Source: Flaccisagitta enflata (Eukaryota). Taken from it: a stretch of DNA of 64,000 bases. The stretch is taken from the NCBI GenBank assembly GCA_965153355.1, contig OZ231126.1, forward strand, positions 42,842,001-42,906,000, given 5' to 3'. Below, piece by piece: positions 63,444 to 64,000 of the stretch. A program made the translations under genes and the position numbers. Below the pieces are notes generated by a model, which saw only the letters and a program-made list of their open reading frames with translations, did no database searches and had not been told where the DNA came from. The stretch's first letter is position 1. Each line of letters starts with the position of its first letter.

Positions 63444-64000
63444 AAAAAGAAGGCGCCTCGTCATCATGGCAAATTAAGTCTAAGCAACGGTAACAGCGTA
63501 ATTTGCGACAATACCAACAACATAATGCGCCTTTTGCGAAAGTGTTGATATTAATGGCAGAAATGAGTATCAAATGGAAAGGGGGGCAAGTGCCGGGCAA
63601 CGACAATTTATTAGCGGTTGTGGCTGCGGCAATGGCGACGGTGGCGGTGGTGTTGGTGATGGTGGTGAATCACCACTGGTGATGGTGATGGTGAAGGCGA
63701 TAGTGGTAATGGTGGTGGCGGAGGCGGTTGCGGTGGCGTTGATGGTGATGTTGATGGCGGCGGTGGCGGTCGCGGCAGTCCAGGAGGTGGTGGTTCTGCT
63801 GCTTTCTTTGCTTATTATTTGCCTCTTAGTAAAAGAGATTCCTTGGATTTTCCCACTGAAAGCTTTGAAGCGATGAGAAGGGATTACAAGGGGGAGAAGG
63901 AGGAGGGGGAAAGGAGGAGGAGAAGAAGGAGGAGGAGAGGGAGGAGGAAGAATGGTAGAAGAGGTGTGGAGAAGAAAGGACGCTGGATAATAAGGAGAAA

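Overview
Repeat-saturated eukaryotic (probably invertebrate animal) intergenic or intronic DNA. I recognise no host exon. Most short ORFs in the track are translations of microsatellites. Two young-looking retroelements carry the real coding content. (1) A minus-strand non-LTR retrotransposon (about 18443-29510) sits between two (GA)n runs. It has a zinc-knuckle ORF1, an APE-RT ORF2 and an unexpected third ORF that appears split in-frame by a 2.9 kb insertion. (2) The 3' part of a probable BEL/Pao-type LTR retrotransposon (about 51960-59595; pol tail remnant, polypurine tract, 540 bp LTR) carries, where env would sit, an intronless ~1297 aa ORF. That ORF has an intact DEDDy 3'-5' exonuclease domain and a second, degenerate exonuclease-like domain, and looks set up for spliced subgenomic expression. 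The rest is microsatellites, many DINE-1/HINE-like non-autonomous rolling-circle elements of at least two families, and MITEs with TA, 4, 8 and 9 bp target duplications, often nested. All family calls come from motif reading by eye, not database searches.
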